From IMG/VR virus record IMGVR_UViG_3300017910_000157, positions 1 through 54,747 of that record: a DNA stretch of 54,747 bases. One strand, written 5' to 3'. A program made the position numbers and the translations under genes. The notes under the pieces are model-generated. The model was not told the DNA's origin and searched no databases. It was given only the letters and a program-made list of their open reading frames with translations. The DNA comes from a virus (Duplodnaviria > Caudoviricetes). Of the stretch, positions 35,646 to 46,910 are shown piece by piece. Within the stretch, counting starts at the first letter, position 1, and the number at the start of each line of letters is the position of its first letter.

Positions 35646-38600
35646 TTAAAAGTAATCTGCTACGGGATCGCCGTATCTTGCTGCATCTTCTAAAATTCTT
35701 TGTCTTAGTCGAGGTGTTATCGTCGTTCCTTGAAAAGACGTTTCTCTACCACGTATTCTACCCTTTATAGATCTCTCTAAATTATCGTAAAGTATTGGGT
35801 AATCTGGATAAGCCTGATTATATTTCCCAATCTTTTCTAACGCACGTTGAATGCCCTTCGCGTCTTGATCAAAGTAAGCTCTGGCGTACATGTCATACAG
35901 TTTACGTCTACGTTTAGCCACGCCCTTTTGCATTCTCATGGCACGCGCATTTGTCTCCATCGCTGCGCTATATGCTGTAGGTGTAAACCCAAAAAACTGA
36001 CCTGCGATATGGGCAGGGTGTATGTCTTGAATAATCGGTTTACCATCCCGCGTATATGCACCGCCTTCATATAGGTCAGAATATCGTATTGCTCTTAGAC
36101 CGTTTTTCATCGCTGCTGGCATAAGCGTTTCGGCTGCACGGTATATCCGATCACTGTCACCTGCACCAAATCCCGCGCTCATCTCTCTTATCCCACGATC
36201 TGTATTTAAAGCAATACCTACAAGTGGGCCACCAAATTGTTCAGCCCATGAATAAAACAGCGGCTGGTTTTTTTGCACCATCGGATCTCTAACTAGAAGC
36301 TCACCCAACCCAATCCTACTAGCCACGTTCACACCTGCATAGTAGTTTACAGCCCCTTTATACGGCCCATCATCGAGGTACGCACGTACCATAGTTTTAG
36401 CATCGTCATCTTCACCTCCGGGGTCGTACCCTGCCAGTGACATAGCTGTATCTGCCGCCATAGTGAAAAGACCAAAACCCGGTACACCTTGCACTCCTGC
36501 TAACAACGAAGCTGATCCGTATATACCCACCATTTGGGACAAAGCTACCATACGATCTTTTGCCGAACCTCTGACCATTTTGGTTGCTAACTCTATTAAC
36601 ATACCTGTCATAGACACACCAAAACGTTTATACATAAATACAACTGCGCCTAAATTAGTTTTAGCGAGGGGTGGAGCCGCACCTGCAGCTATGCCGCCGT
36701 TTGTTGTCTCTGTCTCATACACAGCTTGTTGCATGGCTTTTTTAAGTTGTTGTACATCTGCTCTATCGGCAGGGGACATTTTATTTACGATACCACCATA
36801 TGCAGTTAACAACGCCACTTCGCGGTTTATACGTTCTCCGTGAAATTGCATGAACCCTGTAATCTTGTTAAATTTTTGCCAGCTACCACTCATGCCCTCC
36901 ACGTCCATAAGTTCATAGTCTGCTGACCGTTTGAATTGCCCTAACTCTGCGCCTATTTCTTGAAATACTTTAAACTCAAGTGACCGTTTTGAATCCTCTA
37001 CATTTATATTCATTTTTTTGAGGGCTTTTACTTGTTCTTTAGTTAGAGCATCAGGATCTATATTGATCATGCCTAATGGTCCGTCCACCTCTGCATCTAT
37101 CTCGCCACCATCAGGACCATATGTTTTTAATTTACGTTTGTACCCACTATTTTTTATTAAACTCATACTTGAGCTTACACCACGAAAGGTTTGACCATAA
37201 CCATACTTACCACCGAAGTACGGCACTGTAACCAGAGGTGTCTGGGACAAGTTTACCAGTGCGCCTGAAACGTTTAGACCAAGCGTCATATTAAAACCTA
37301 CGCCAGTCAACGCGCGTGAAGTTTTACTGCGCTCAGGCATTGCCCCATCCTTCACATACCCATCAAGCGCTCTTAAATAAGCTGCCTTCGCAGGGGTTTG
37401 ACGCGGGTCAGCTTCCATCTCCTTTTGTATGGTAGAAAAAGCTTGTTGTAGTTTGGCCTTATATTTCATGTTTACGATCTGACGAACCATAGATCGTGAG
37501 CTATCACCTATCTCTTTTATTGAGTCTTGATTGAAACCCATGCGTGCTTGTATGAGATCGCCACCTTTACGGTTTCTAAACGATTGTAAATATGAAGTTT
37601 CTGGTAAAGTATCTAAAACAAGATTGCCTATCTCTTCTCGCATCTCTGAAGAGATTTCAGGGTTTTTTTGTAACTGGGTCATCAAATCTTTGACAAAAGA
37701 TGCAGGGGGGGACTTGTCTACAAAAGTAGATATTTTTAATCCTTGTTCTCTTTCAGGATTCATAAATGCCTTTATAGCGGTGGCTCTGTCGAATTGACCC
37801 GTATTTATACGGCTATCTATCTCATTTTTAATACGTGCAGCCCCTGCATTTTCTGGAAGCTGCAAGTCCTGTGGAGACATCTCACTCGCCGCATCATAAG
37901 CTTCGTTTATCTCTTTTTCTGCATCTGCTTGTATAAGTGCAGCGGCTTTATCTCGTGCATCTGGTCCTGTAAAGTTGTCTGTGTATCTCTCCACTCTCCC
38001 CGTTAAAGGATCTACAGCGTTTACAGAGAACCAGTAATCACCATCACCGCGTTTCAGTGGGGAGTATGGATCAAGCATACCACCCTGTACAAGTTTGTCA
38101 TAAAATGAAGTGCGTATAGTTTTTCGCTGCTCTGCGGGTATACCTGATGCTTCTAATCGAATGTCTAGAGCATTGTTTAATTCTTCGACCATACCTTTAA
38201 ACATAGCACGGGCTTGTTTATAGAGCTTTATACCTTCTCCATTACGTTGCTTCTGTAGTCGCACGTAATCTTTCTTGAGGGGCTTATATATGGTGTTATA
38301 TACAACTGCTGTGTATTTCTTTTTAGCGGCTTCTGGCGACAGCACGGGATCTACTCTATATGCTGTACCTACAGTATTAAGACGGTTAAAGGCATCCACA
38401 TCTTTCTGACTGGACTTTTTAGCCCAACGTACAATCCCATCGTTTACAGCATTAACCTTATCGTAAAACTCTTGAACCTCTCCCCCCGCTTGGTTCATCA
38501 AGTCGTTTATTCTTCCCGCGCTTGGAGCGAACTGTTTTGCAAGTCGTACTATATAATGAAGCGGAGTGATCTGAAGTATGCCACGTCTACCCAAATCAAA

Positions 38601-41600
38601 ACCAAAAGCAGCGTTATCTCTAGCCGTGCTTTCTGGTAAGTTATTATACTTTGCCATCGTTTCCTGATTAAACTCAGGGCCGTTAGTCAAAGCCTCACTA
38701 AATACTTTTTCTACCGCAGCTGGTTTGTTAGCAATCATCAGTAGGGCATCAGAGTCTCTAAAAGAGGGCGCAGGGTTTACTAACTGATCTACAAGAGGAT
38801 CTAGCATATCAAGAATAGTACGGCGTTCTGGGGGTGGACCGCCTAATTCAAACCGCAATCTTTGGAATATACGCCGTATAGCTTTCACTATGCGAGTTCG
38901 CGCAGACTCGTACTGTCCTTTGTCCATAACCCCTGATAGCACAGAGCGCACTTCGGGATTACTGTAATACTCAGCCACAAACTCGTCTAAGTCAAAAGCG
39001 CTTATAGGAAGGACATCTTTTAAATCTTCATACACTTTTCGTATTGTCTGCACGGGCGCAGATTGTGGGTTGTTTTGTATCTCAGCAGCGGTGACTGCAT
39101 GTGCCACTTCATGTAAAAGAGTGTGTCCTGTAGGTGGTATATTCGTGTTAAACGTAATTGTGTTTGTCCGGGGGTCAAAGTAACCCGCTACCTGTGTACC
39201 TCTATCTGCAAATTCAACTCGCGTATTACCTGCGTTTTTAGCAAATAATCTAGCAAACGCTTTTGAAGCAGGGCTTGCAGTTTTTGCATACTCTTTAAGT
39301 GCATCTGACAAGTTATTGTCTTCCAACATTGTCATTGTCACAGGATCAAGCGGCATGTGCTGATCCATAAGAAATCTAGTGTACAACCTTTTGTAACTAG
39401 GGTCGAATCCTTCACCGTATAGCTCTGCAACTATATCAACGTCAGCATTCGCCATTATTTTAAGCGCACGTTCATCATCCCTGCGCCTGCCTGTTTTAGC
39501 TACTACAGCCTTTTTTTCACTATCTGTATAGATATCTAGGCTTTCAGCACCTTTACCTTTTACTTCAGATATAGGTTCAGCTGTAAAATCGGGCAAAGTA
39601 GTAGTATCTGCCAGCCGCGCTGCGTTTTCACGAACAGCATTGTCAGTTTCTAATTTTTGGTTAAATTTTTTATTTAACTCAGCGCCTTCGTCTCTTGCCG
39701 CTTCTGCTACTTTTTCTTGCATCGTGGGTAGACGTTTACCTGAAGCAGCATACATGCCCCCGTACTTTTCGTCCCATTCCTGTGCTGCCTGTTTTTGTTT
39801 AGCAGTAGCGCCCTTTTTTGGTACTTTAGGTCTTGGATCTACTTTATCCTGCAGTTTAAAATTTTGTTCTCTGCGGATTTTGTATCTTTGTGATGCAGCA
39901 GTTCGCTCTTTATCGTAGACTGCATTTACTTCAGGGGATAAATTTGTAGCTATCCATTTTTCTGCAAGTGTAGCCGTGTCTTTGTTAAACGGCTCTAGAA
40001 ACGAAGCCATAGTCGTAGCGATGTTCATCCTTTCCCGATCAGCTTCTGGCAGTAAATCTACTTTACTTGCACCGGGTACAGCATCGTTTACGTCTATCTG
40101 TGTACGTGTCGCTATCTCTTCTATGGCATGTTCAGGACGTTCAAACCGTTCAAAAAACGTAATGGCTGCTACGTCTTCATCAGTAAGTGGCTTTTGTTTT
40201 ACTAACTCACCATCAATTAACTCTGACGGTAACTCTGCGTTTTTGGCCTTTCTAAATAAATCATTTAATTTTTCTAAGTCTCTAACATTCTCATTAAAGT
40301 AATCAATATCACTTTCTTTATCTACGATGAACTCATCATGTAAGACAGCCATGTCAGGATTTTTATTACGGAAATCAACAAACCTAGCGGTGGCTGTATT
40401 ACGTTGCTCTGTGGTGTATTTACTTAAAGCGCTTTCCGCACTTTCTCGTGCTTTTTGCACCATCACAGGAGCGCGTGGCTGTGGCCCTGTAGGCTGCGTT
40501 AATGTAGTAGGCTGCGTTCCTTCTCCAACATTAGACTGTATAGCATCAACACTATCTCCTCCCACTCCTTCGTCTTTAGATGTCTCAGGTTCGATGGGAT
40601 CTTTAACGGCTTCTTCAACGTTGCTTGATGCGCCAACCGCAGTGCTGCTTCCATCTCTTGTTGAGTCAATTCCAACATTTGTACCTCTTAAAGCGTTTTC
40701 TGCCTCACGTTGTTTTGCAGCGGCTCCATCATTGTGCAAAGCATGTACTTCAGCGTCTGCAGCCTCTCTTTCAGTCTTGGTTTGAGTTTTACCTTTTGCT
40801 TTTTCGTTTTTCTTTGTTAGCTCAGATACAAAAGCAGCGCCCCCCGCTTGACCCTCTTGCGTTTCTCTATCTCTGTGCGCCTTTAACAGTGAGCCAACGC
40901 TAACATCATCTTTAGCGATTATACCACTACCAACGCCATACTCGTACACTGTCTCTGCGTCTTTGGAATTTATGTCATATTTAGTGCTGTATTCTTCTAT
41001 TGCTGCAGCATCTGGCAGCGGTGGAGCTTCTGCTTTTGCCTTTGCTTCTGCTTCTGCTTCTGCTTTTGCCTTTGCTTCTGCTTCTGCTTTTGCTCTTGCT
41101 TCTGCGTCTGCTTCTTCGCCTGCTTTTGCTTCTGCTTTTTCGCCTGTATCTGCTTCTTCGCCTGCTTTTTTATCTTTCGTTATTGGTTTCTTACCAAATG
41201 CTACGCCACCTACGCCCCCAACGGCTGCGCCTAAAGTAGCACCGCCTACAAAAGATTGCAGAAGTTCCTCTGAACCTTCTTCGTCAAGAAGCGGTAGCCC
41301 GGCGGCAAGACGTTCAACCCCTTGCTGAAACGTCTCTGTAGCACCTTCAACAACTTTACCTTTTATTCCACCTTCTATAAACCGTGCGGCTAATCTTTTA
41401 CTTATAATATCAGGAGTAAAACCTAATTTAGCTAGATATTTAAGACCGAACCTTTCCGCTAGAGCCTGTGCATATCCAGACCCCAAAGATATGGCTAAAT
41501 CCTCTACACCAGCTTCATCTAAATTAAGTTCTTCCATACGTCGATCAAGCGTTCTACCCGCAGCGGTTACGCCAAGACCTGAAAGAAAACCGGGACCAAT

Positions 41601-42164
41601 CCCAGCCATTGCACCGCCTACTGTACCAGCACCGGGGATCACAGTGCCGCCTACAGCACCTACACCCGCACCAATTGCAGCGCCTTGAAATCCACTTGCT
41701 ATGTTTGCAGCCGTGCCGCCAACAAGACCACCTAAATAACTGATGCCTTTGTTTATATCAAACCCATCTTCGTACACTTCCCTAAAATCTCTTACAGTCT
41801 CTGGAGCGTCTAGAAAATTTAGAGTCTGTTCAAATCTGCGTTCCCTCGCACGATCTTGCATCCGTTGACCGTAGTCTCTTAAGAACCCTAACCCAGAAGT
41901 TTGTCCTGTTTGTTCTACAAGAAGCCCAAGATCTTCTTTAAGCCCTTGTCGCGTTTGAGAGTATTCTCGCCCTAATAAAGTTCCATCATCAGGAGGGGCA
42001 GGGGCTTCTCCGTAGTAGTTTATATATTTTTGTGTGTAGTCTGCTCTGTCCTGCTGGATTATACGTTGTGCATCTGCAAACGCTTTGTCAGAAGGCGTTT
42101 CACCATCAAACTCAAAAATATATTGTTTTCTAGAATACGGGTCTGTGTACGCAAGTTCGCCCAT
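35646..42164 (-). CDS. Giant internal virion/ejection protein, polyvalent-protein-like, with zincin motif
   Basis: 2172 aa; last late gene; Gly-rich hydrophobic N-terminal segments; G.F...TITF...LLHEVAHA...EFVAE; hydrophobic C-terminal region. Confidence 0.75.
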   Translation of the reverse strand: MGELAYTDPYSRKQYIFEFDGETPSDKAFADAQRIIQQDRADYTQKYINYYGEAPAPPDDGTLLGREYSQTRQGLKEDLGLLVEQTGQTSGLGFLRDYGQRMQDRARERRFEQTLNFLDAPETVRDFREVYEDGFDINKGISYLGGLVGGTAANIASGFQGAAIGAGVGAVGGTVIPGAGTVGGAMAGIGPGFLSGLGVTAAGRTLDRRMEELNLDEAGVEDLAISLGSGYAQALAERFGLKYLAKLGFTPDIISKRLAARFIEGGIKGKVVEGATETFQQGVERLAAGLPLLDEEGSEELLQSFVGGATLGAAVGGVGGVAFGKKPITKDKKAGEEADTGEKAEAKAGEEADAEARAKAEAEAKAKAEAEAEAKAKAEAPPLPDAAAIEEYSTKYDINSKDAETVYEYGVGSGIIAKDDVSVGSLLKAHRDRETQEGQAGGAAFVSELTKKNEKAKGKTQTKTEREAADAEVHALHNDGAAAKQREAENALRGTNVGIDSTRDGSSTAVGASSNVEEAVKDPIEPETSKDEGVGGDSVDAIQSNVGEGTQPTTLTQPTGPQPRAPVMVQKARESAESALSKYTTEQRNTATARFVDFRNKNPDMAVLHDEFIVDKESDIDYFNENVRDLEKLNDLFRKAKNAELPSELIDGELVKQKPLTDEDVAAITFFERFERPEHAIEEIATRTQIDVNDAVPGASKVDLLPEADRERMNIATTMASFLEPFNKDTATLAEKWIATNLSPEVNAVYDKERTAASQRYKIRREQNFKLQDKVDPRPKVPKKGATAKQKQAAQEWDEKYGGMYAASGKRLPTMQEKVAEAARDEGAELNKKFNQKLETDNAVRENAARLADTTTLPDFTAEPISEVKGKGAESLDIYTDSEKKAVVAKTGRRRDDERALKIMANADVDIVAELYGEGFDPSYKRLYTRFLMDQHMPLDPVTMTMLEDNNLSDALKEYAKTASPASKAFARLFAKNAGNTRVEFADRGTQVAGYFDPRTNTITFNTNIPPTGHTLLHEVAHAVTAAEIQNNPQSAPVQTIRKVYEDLKDVLPISAFDLDEFVAEYYSNPEVRSVLSGVMDKGQYESARTRIVKAIRRIFQRLRFELGGPPPERRTILDMLDPLVDQLVNPAPSFRDSDALLMIANKPAAVEKVFSEALTNGPEFNQETMAKYNNLPESTARDNAAFGFDLGRRGILQITPLHYIVRLAKQFAPSAGRINDLMNQAGGEVQEFYDKVNAVNDGIVRWAKKSSQKDVDAFNRLNTVGTAYRVDPVLSPEAAKKKYTAVVYNTIYKPLKKDYVRLQKQRNGEGIKLYKQARAMFKGMVEELNNALDIRLEASGIPAEQRKTIRTSFYDKLVQGGMLDPYSPLKRGDGDYWFSVNAVDPLTGRVERYTDNFTGPDARDKAAALIQADAEKEINEAYDAASEMSPQDLQLPENAGAARIKNEIDSRINTGQFDRATAIKAFMNPEREQGLKISTFVDKSPPASFVKDLMTQLQKNPEISSEMREEIGNLVLDTLPETSYLQSFRNRKGGDLIQARMGFNQDSIKEIGDSSRSMVRQIVNMKYKAKLQQAFSTIQKEMEADPRQTPAKAAYLRALDGYVKDGAMPERSKTSRALTGVGFNMTLGLNVSGALVNLSQTPLVTVPYFGGKYGYGQTFRGVSSSMSLIKNSGYKRKLKTYGPDGGEIDAEVDGPLGMINIDPDALTKEQVKALKKMNINVEDSKRSLEFKVFQEIGAELGQFKRSADYELMDVEGMSGSWQKFNKITGFMQFHGERINREVALLTAYGGIVNKMSPADRADVQQLKKAMQQAVYETETTNGGIAAGAAPPLAKTNLGAVVFMYKRFGVSMTGMLIELATKMVRGSAKDRMVALSQMVGIYGSASLLAGVQGVPGFGLFTMAADTAMSLAGYDPGGEDDDAKTMVRAYLDDGPYKGAVNYYAGVNVASRIGLGELLVRDPMVQKNQPLFYSWAEQFGGPLVGIALNTDRGIREMSAGFGAGDSDRIYRAAETLMPAAMKNGLRAIRYSDLYEGGAYTRDGKPIIQDIHPAHIAGQFFGFTPTAYSAAMETNARAMRMQKGVAKRRRKLYDMYARAYFDQDAKGIQRALEKIGKYNQAYPDYPILYDNLERSIKGRIRGRETSFQGTTITPRLRQRILEDAARYGDPVADYF
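41025..41168. repeat. Tandem coding repeat (KAEAEA / AGEEAD)
   Basis: Reiterated GCTTCT/GCTTTT units. Confidence 0.8.
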
Positions 42165-42170
42165 AACGGC

Positions 42171-44240
42171 TTATCCTATTTTTATTTTGCCATCATTTAC
42201 AATTTGCCCATCTTTTACCACGATACCACTGCCGCCAGACATGATGTCATTAGCTATCTCTCTTGCAGTTTTTGCTTCTTCCATCAAATCTATAAATGCA
42301 GCGCTTTGTCCAGTCGGATCAACCCTAAACGCAGCATTCTCTAGCCGATCTGCTTCATCGTTATAATACTTTGCCGTAGCAATAGCTGTTCTTATATCTG
42401 AAGCACCAGAGCGCATACTTGCGGCTTTTAGTGAAGCATCAATTTGTTTCATTTTAGCATCATAAGCCATCTTACCTTGTTTGTCTTTTTGTAGATAAGT
42501 AAGCCCTGCTTTAAAAGCGGGACCTACATCTTTCGGATCTCCTGAAGATATGCCTGCACCAATCATGGCAAGTGCTAACCATTGTTCTGTAGAAAAACCT
42601 TTTTGCCGCGCTGCCTCATCAGCGGTGGGAGACCCAGTGGGTTGTTTATTTTTATTAATATTTAATAACTTATCAGGTGTAACTAGTGGAGGGATTTTAG
42701 TTTTTTGGGCTAGTTCCTCCGCTCTTGCGGCTTGTTCTGCGGCAGATAGAAAACCCGCTCTTTCAATTTCTGCATCTGTTGCGTCTACGTTTGCTTTTAG
42801 CTTATTTATAAGTTTAGCAGTCCCCGTACCTATAGTTTCAACAATACCCGGTTTTGGTCCGGAACCCGCTTCCTTTACTCGCGCCTCAGCATCCGCAATG
42901 TTTTGGGCTATTATTGATTGATCTAAATCACCGAAAAATTGTTCTTGTTTTTTTGCCTCATCTGCTAATGCTTCTTTGTATAATCTATTTGATATTTGGG
43001 TAATGACTTCTGGAGGTTCCCCTTGAAACTTAGCAATTTCACGAACATCACCACCTAAAAGGGTGCCGTATATCTCACTAGGTGGTGTGAACTGATCGCT
43101 TTTTAAAAAATCTAAGGCGCGGCGATTTACATCTCCGGGGAAATATTCATCAACAATTTTTTTATCAATTTCACTTGCAGGATCACGACGCCTTATATCC
43201 CGTCTATCTATTACATCCGCTAAACCAAGACTTGTTTCATCTGCTAAAAAAGCACGACGTAGGTCTTGCTCTCGTTGAGCTTGCATATTTGCAAATGATT
43301 CTTCTGGTAAAGTAGGAGGGGGGCCAGCAAGTGGTGTTCTTGGAGACTCAGTGGTGTTGATAAGTCCAGACTCTGAAAAACTTTTTATCTCATCAGATTT
43401 AGATCGCAGTGATTCTGGGCCTAATGGTCCGTCCACAGAATACCCTAGTGGGTTTTCTAACCCATATTCATATGGAATAGACATTTTGCGTGGAAACGTA
43501 GCCTTTTGATCTTCTGGTAAAAAGCTTACAGGCATGCCTTCAGCAAAGATAGGATCATCTTCATCATATTTTTTCCGAGCCAGATTAGAATCTATTTTTG
43601 CTTGGATTGCGCGTTCAGGCTGGCTTTGTTCAATTTCTAACTGTTTTTTAGACACTGCGCGTCTAGACGGATCAGTAAATACACGTCGAAAAGTATCAAA
43701 ACTGCGATCCGCTTCAAGCTCTTCTAACCCTGTTTCATCTGGTGTTGTTGTCTCCATTTTTCTACGGAAGTAAGATTGTGCTACTTGAGCTAACACCTCT
43801 GGATCACCTACGGCTTCTGCCGCTTCATATACATCTGGATGATTTAGTTTTAAATTTGCAATGGCGGTCATTGTGCCGCCAAACATACCACCACCTTCAC
43901 GCAGACGTGTGATCCCACCTTCAGCCATACCCATAGTAGGCTGTCTTGGCGCAGCGTCAGCTACACTTGTATTCTGCCCCATGCTGGTTTGTGGAGCCAT
44001 AGACTTAGCCATCTGCATAACACCCTGTGGGGGCATCCCTGCGCCTTGTATGGCTTCTTCTGCCACGGTAGGCATATCCTGTGCTTGTTGCCTTTGAAAC
44101 TCATCACGCACACGTTTACGGCGTTTTATTTCTGTAAGCACAAGATACTGTGGAAAGTTCCCTGTAGGCATTTGCATTTCACGCATAAGAACCTGTTCGG
44201 GTAAATCCTTTAAGGCTTCGGACTGTTCTAAAATATTCAT
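42171..44240 (-). CDS. Internal virion (ejection) protein
   Basis: 689 aa; helical, low complexity; MAEGG motif; between the pilot-like and giant genes. Confidence 0.6.
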   Translation of the reverse strand: MNILEQSEALKDLPEQVLMREMQMPTGNFPQYLVLTEIKRRKRVRDEFQRQQAQDMPTVAEEAIQGAGMPPQGVMQMAKSMAPQTSMGQNTSVADAAPRQPTMGMAEGGITRLREGGGMFGGTMTAIANLKLNHPDVYEAAEAVGDPEVLAQVAQSYFRRKMETTTPDETGLEELEADRSFDTFRRVFTDPSRRAVSKKQLEIEQSQPERAIQAKIDSNLARKKYDEDDPIFAEGMPVSFLPEDQKATFPRKMSIPYEYGLENPLGYSVDGPLGPESLRSKSDEIKSFSESGLINTTESPRTPLAGPPPTLPEESFANMQAQREQDLRRAFLADETSLGLADVIDRRDIRRRDPASEIDKKIVDEYFPGDVNRRALDFLKSDQFTPPSEIYGTLLGGDVREIAKFQGEPPEVITQISNRLYKEALADEAKKQEQFFGDLDQSIIAQNIADAEARVKEAGSGPKPGIVETIGTGTAKLINKLKANVDATDAEIERAGFLSAAEQAARAEELAQKTKIPPLVTPDKLLNINKNKQPTGSPTADEAARQKGFSTEQWLALAMIGAGISSGDPKDVGPAFKAGLTYLQKDKQGKMAYDAKMKQIDASLKAASMRSGASDIRTAIATAKYYNDEADRLENAAFRVDPTGQSAAFIDLMEEAKTAREIANDIMSGGSGIVVKDGQIVNDGKIKIG

Positions 44241-45448
44241 TATCGTCCTCCGTATCCCAAGCCTCTATATAATCCAAGACCACCAAGACCCGCACCCAAA
44301 GCTGCTTGTATTGGATTAAACGCTTGATACGTTTGTGTGTACGTGTCTGGAGTAATAGGCACACCTCGCAGCAGCCCGGCAAACCTTTCGTACTGCCGTA
44401 TTGGATAGTCTTGTTGACGTAAGAAGTCTTGATAATCTAAATCAAGCCGCGCCTGATCTTCAGCGCGAAGATCACTACCAATAGTTTCAAGCAACTGTGC
44501 ATCTTGAATATCTGCACCTCTGGCTCTTTCGCCAAGACCAACGAGACCTGCACCTGCGCCCATGTATTGATCATAAAGACCAGCCGTATTTAATCTCTGC
44601 GCTTCTTGAGCGGCTTGTACCCTAGCCTGCTCTGCTGCATCTGCGCCTTGTACACGAGCCGCTTCCGCAGCGGTTCCAGCTTCAGTACGAGCTAATTCAC
44701 CAACATCAATTCGATCAAGTCGTGCCTGTTCTCCTGCGCGACGTTGTTCTGTATCCATCTGTGCGGCGCGATCAGATTCAAACATTTTCATAGCACGGTC
44801 AAATGCGGCCTGACTTCCAATTTGTTGTATATCACCCAGTCTTTGTTGTAAGTTTTCCTGCGCCATCCCTTGTTGGATAGCTTGACGTGATCCACCATAT
44901 GCCCCCGCACCTACAGCCGCTGCATCTCTACCTGCTTGGCCCCTCTCAAAATCCTTCACCGCCTCACGTTTTTGAATATCAACAACGCCCTGCATGTAGG
45001 GGTCCATGTAATCTTGAACTTCGCCCCCAGTAAACTGTCTAGGATCAGCAAAATCAAATCTAGTGCCTGCACCTCTAGTAAATTGTGATTCTGTAAACTG
45101 AGAAGGCGTAAAGCTTGTTGGGCTTTCCGCAAGGGTCCTTATGCCTTCCATACCCGTTAATTGTGCGCCAACTGCTGTCTCCATGCCCGGAATACCAGCC
45201 CCAGCAGTATTACGGATCATGTCTCTTGAAGCTGTAATATCACCGTAATCTGCGGAAGAAGTTAATCTTTCTCCTTCATACGGTTGGAAAGTAGACTCAC
45301 CTGCAAGATCACCATAAAGTTCAGGATCATCAGGGTAATATGGCATTGTAGCTTCTTCAGAACCTTTGAGAAGCCGTTGAAAATATGGGTCAACGTATTC
45401 AGGGAGACCTGTACTAGTTTGTTGTGAAGCTGGTGCGCCCTTACCCAT
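44240..45448 (-). CDS. Internal virion / DNA pilot-like protein
   Basis: YMDPY...V and GAYGGSRQ motifs; Ala/Gln-rich; Gly-rich C-terminus. Confidence 0.65.
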   Translation of the reverse strand: MGKGAPASQQTSTGLPEYVDPYFQRLLKGSEEATMPYYPDDPELYGDLAGESTFQPYEGERLTSSADYGDITASRDMIRNTAGAGIPGMETAVGAQLTGMEGIRTLAESPTSFTPSQFTESQFTRGAGTRFDFADPRQFTGGEVQDYMDPYMQGVVDIQKREAVKDFERGQAGRDAAAVGAGAYGGSRQAIQQGMAQENLQQRLGDIQQIGSQAAFDRAMKMFESDRAAQMDTEQRRAGEQARLDRIDVGELARTEAGTAAEAARVQGADAAEQARVQAAQEAQRLNTAGLYDQYMGAGAGLVGLGERARGADIQDAQLLETIGSDLRAEDQARLDLDYQDFLRQQDYPIRQYERFAGLLRGVPITPDTYTQTYQAFNPIQAALGAGLGGLGLYRGLGYGGR

Positions 45449-45860
45449 TGTTTATCTCCATTCGGTAGGTAATGTATTCTGGATAAAACCCATGTTTTTT
45501 TAAAGCACGACCCCATGCTTTACGACCATAGCCCTCTAGGTGTTGGCAGTCATTAAGAACAGCAAATTTAACAACTTTTTCCATACCGATATCTAACCAT
45601 TCTTTCATTCTGCTTCCACCTACCCAATCAAGTGCCATACTTTTACGTTGTGGGTATATAATTACTCTAGTTGTAAAAGCAGCAATGATATTATCACCTT
45701 CAAATACAACCCAAAGAACATAAGTGTCGTCTAATACTCCCTTTAAAACATCTATCATCTGCATCTTTCCGATAGCTGTTTCGACACTTTTTTCTAATAC
45801 CCGTTCAACATCCTTCCATATATACTTGACTGTCTCTTTCGGAACAGCACTTACTCTCAA
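45441..45860 (-). CDS. GNAT-fold-like tail assembly protein
   Basis: LWVV, GG..M..W and GRKAW motifs; position analogous to T7 gp13. Confidence 0.5.
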   Translation of the reverse strand: MRVSAVPKETVKYIWKDVERVLEKSVETAIGKMQMIDVLKGVLDDTYVLWVVFEGDNIIAAFTTRVIIYPQRKSMALDWVGGSRMKEWLDIGMEKVVKFAVLNDCQHLEGYGRKAWGRALKKHGFYPEYITYRMEINNG

Positions 45861-46871
45861 TTACCCCACCATTTTCTTAAGCACTTTTGGTGCGTCCTCT
45901 TCGGCTTGATTAACCTTATCTAAAAAACCACCACCAAATGCTTTGGTTAACGCTTCTTGTGTTGGTTGACGTATTACAAACTCATCTTCAGTAAGAAGCA
46001 CAGGATCTGTCCCGTTTAATGTAGCAGGCACTTTATCATCTTCACCTGACCCATCACCGGGGCCACGTACCATGCCTTTTTCACCTCTTGCAAACCTAGC
46101 TACTGTGTCGTCGTACTCCCCAGATTTTGTTTTTTCTACAAGATCTTCTAAAGCTTCTTTTCCATATTTTTCTAAAAATTCACCTAACACTTCTCTGGAA
46201 CTTTCTATAGACAACTCGCCCTTTACTGCGCGTATAGAATTAAGAATTAGCTGATCTTCACGCATATCATCAACTTCACCACCTCTAGCAAGAGACATAA
46301 TTCCACCCATACTCATTCTTTGCGTTGTTATGGGTGGGTTGAAATAGTCTTCAGGATCATAGTAGTTGAAGTAATTAAATTCGCCTTGATAATCATCTGG
46401 TTTTTTGTTTTGTACTCGTATTTTAGGTCGAGGGTCAGGGACATCTACCTTTTTTCTTTTAGGGGTTTCACGATCTAACCCAGCAGCAGTGCTTGCACCA
46501 ATTAAAGCTGTGTCTAAAACTCCCGGTGTAGCTATGGTTGTCGCTAAATTTTCACCAAGTACGGGCTGTAAAAAAAGATTTTGTGCTGGGGCCGCCGCTG
46601 TTGAAGCCGTACCTGAAGCAAGAGCATTTGCAGAAGCTGTTGCCTGTGGTCCACCAAGCGCCCCGCCAAGACCGCCTAGAAGTTTGCCACCTAGCACGGC
46701 AGTCAGACCTGTCTGTACGCCCTTTCCTATATCGCCACTCTGCAGAAATGATCCAAGCCCTGCACCAAACCCCGCTAACATAGGAGCAGACAACCCACTA
46801 AGCGCCCCGCCAAACGCAGCCGTTTTTGCAAGAGCGGGTAAACCAAAGCTAAATAAGAGTGGGAGAACCAT
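45861..46871 (-). CDS. Internal virion protein
   Basis: Gly/Ala-rich N-terminus; MGG/ARGG; V.GPGDG..D..PA.L...EFV motif. Confidence 0.6.
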   Translation of the reverse strand: MVLPLLFSFGLPALAKTAAFGGALSGLSAPMLAGFGAGLGSFLQSGDIGKGVQTGLTAVLGGKLLGGLGGALGGPQATASANALASGTASTAAAPAQNLFLQPVLGENLATTIATPGVLDTALIGASTAAGLDRETPKRKKVDVPDPRPKIRVQNKKPDDYQGEFNYFNYYDPEDYFNPPITTQRMSMGGIMSLARGGEVDDMREDQLILNSIRAVKGELSIESSREVLGEFLEKYGKEALEDLVEKTKSGEYDDTVARFARGEKGMVRGPGDGSGEDDKVPATLNGTDPVLLTEDEFVIRQPTQEALTKAFGGGFLDKVNQAEEDAPKVLKKMVG

Positions 46872-46910
46872 ATTTTACCTCTAGAGCTGTCTCACTGTAG
46901 CATTAAACGT

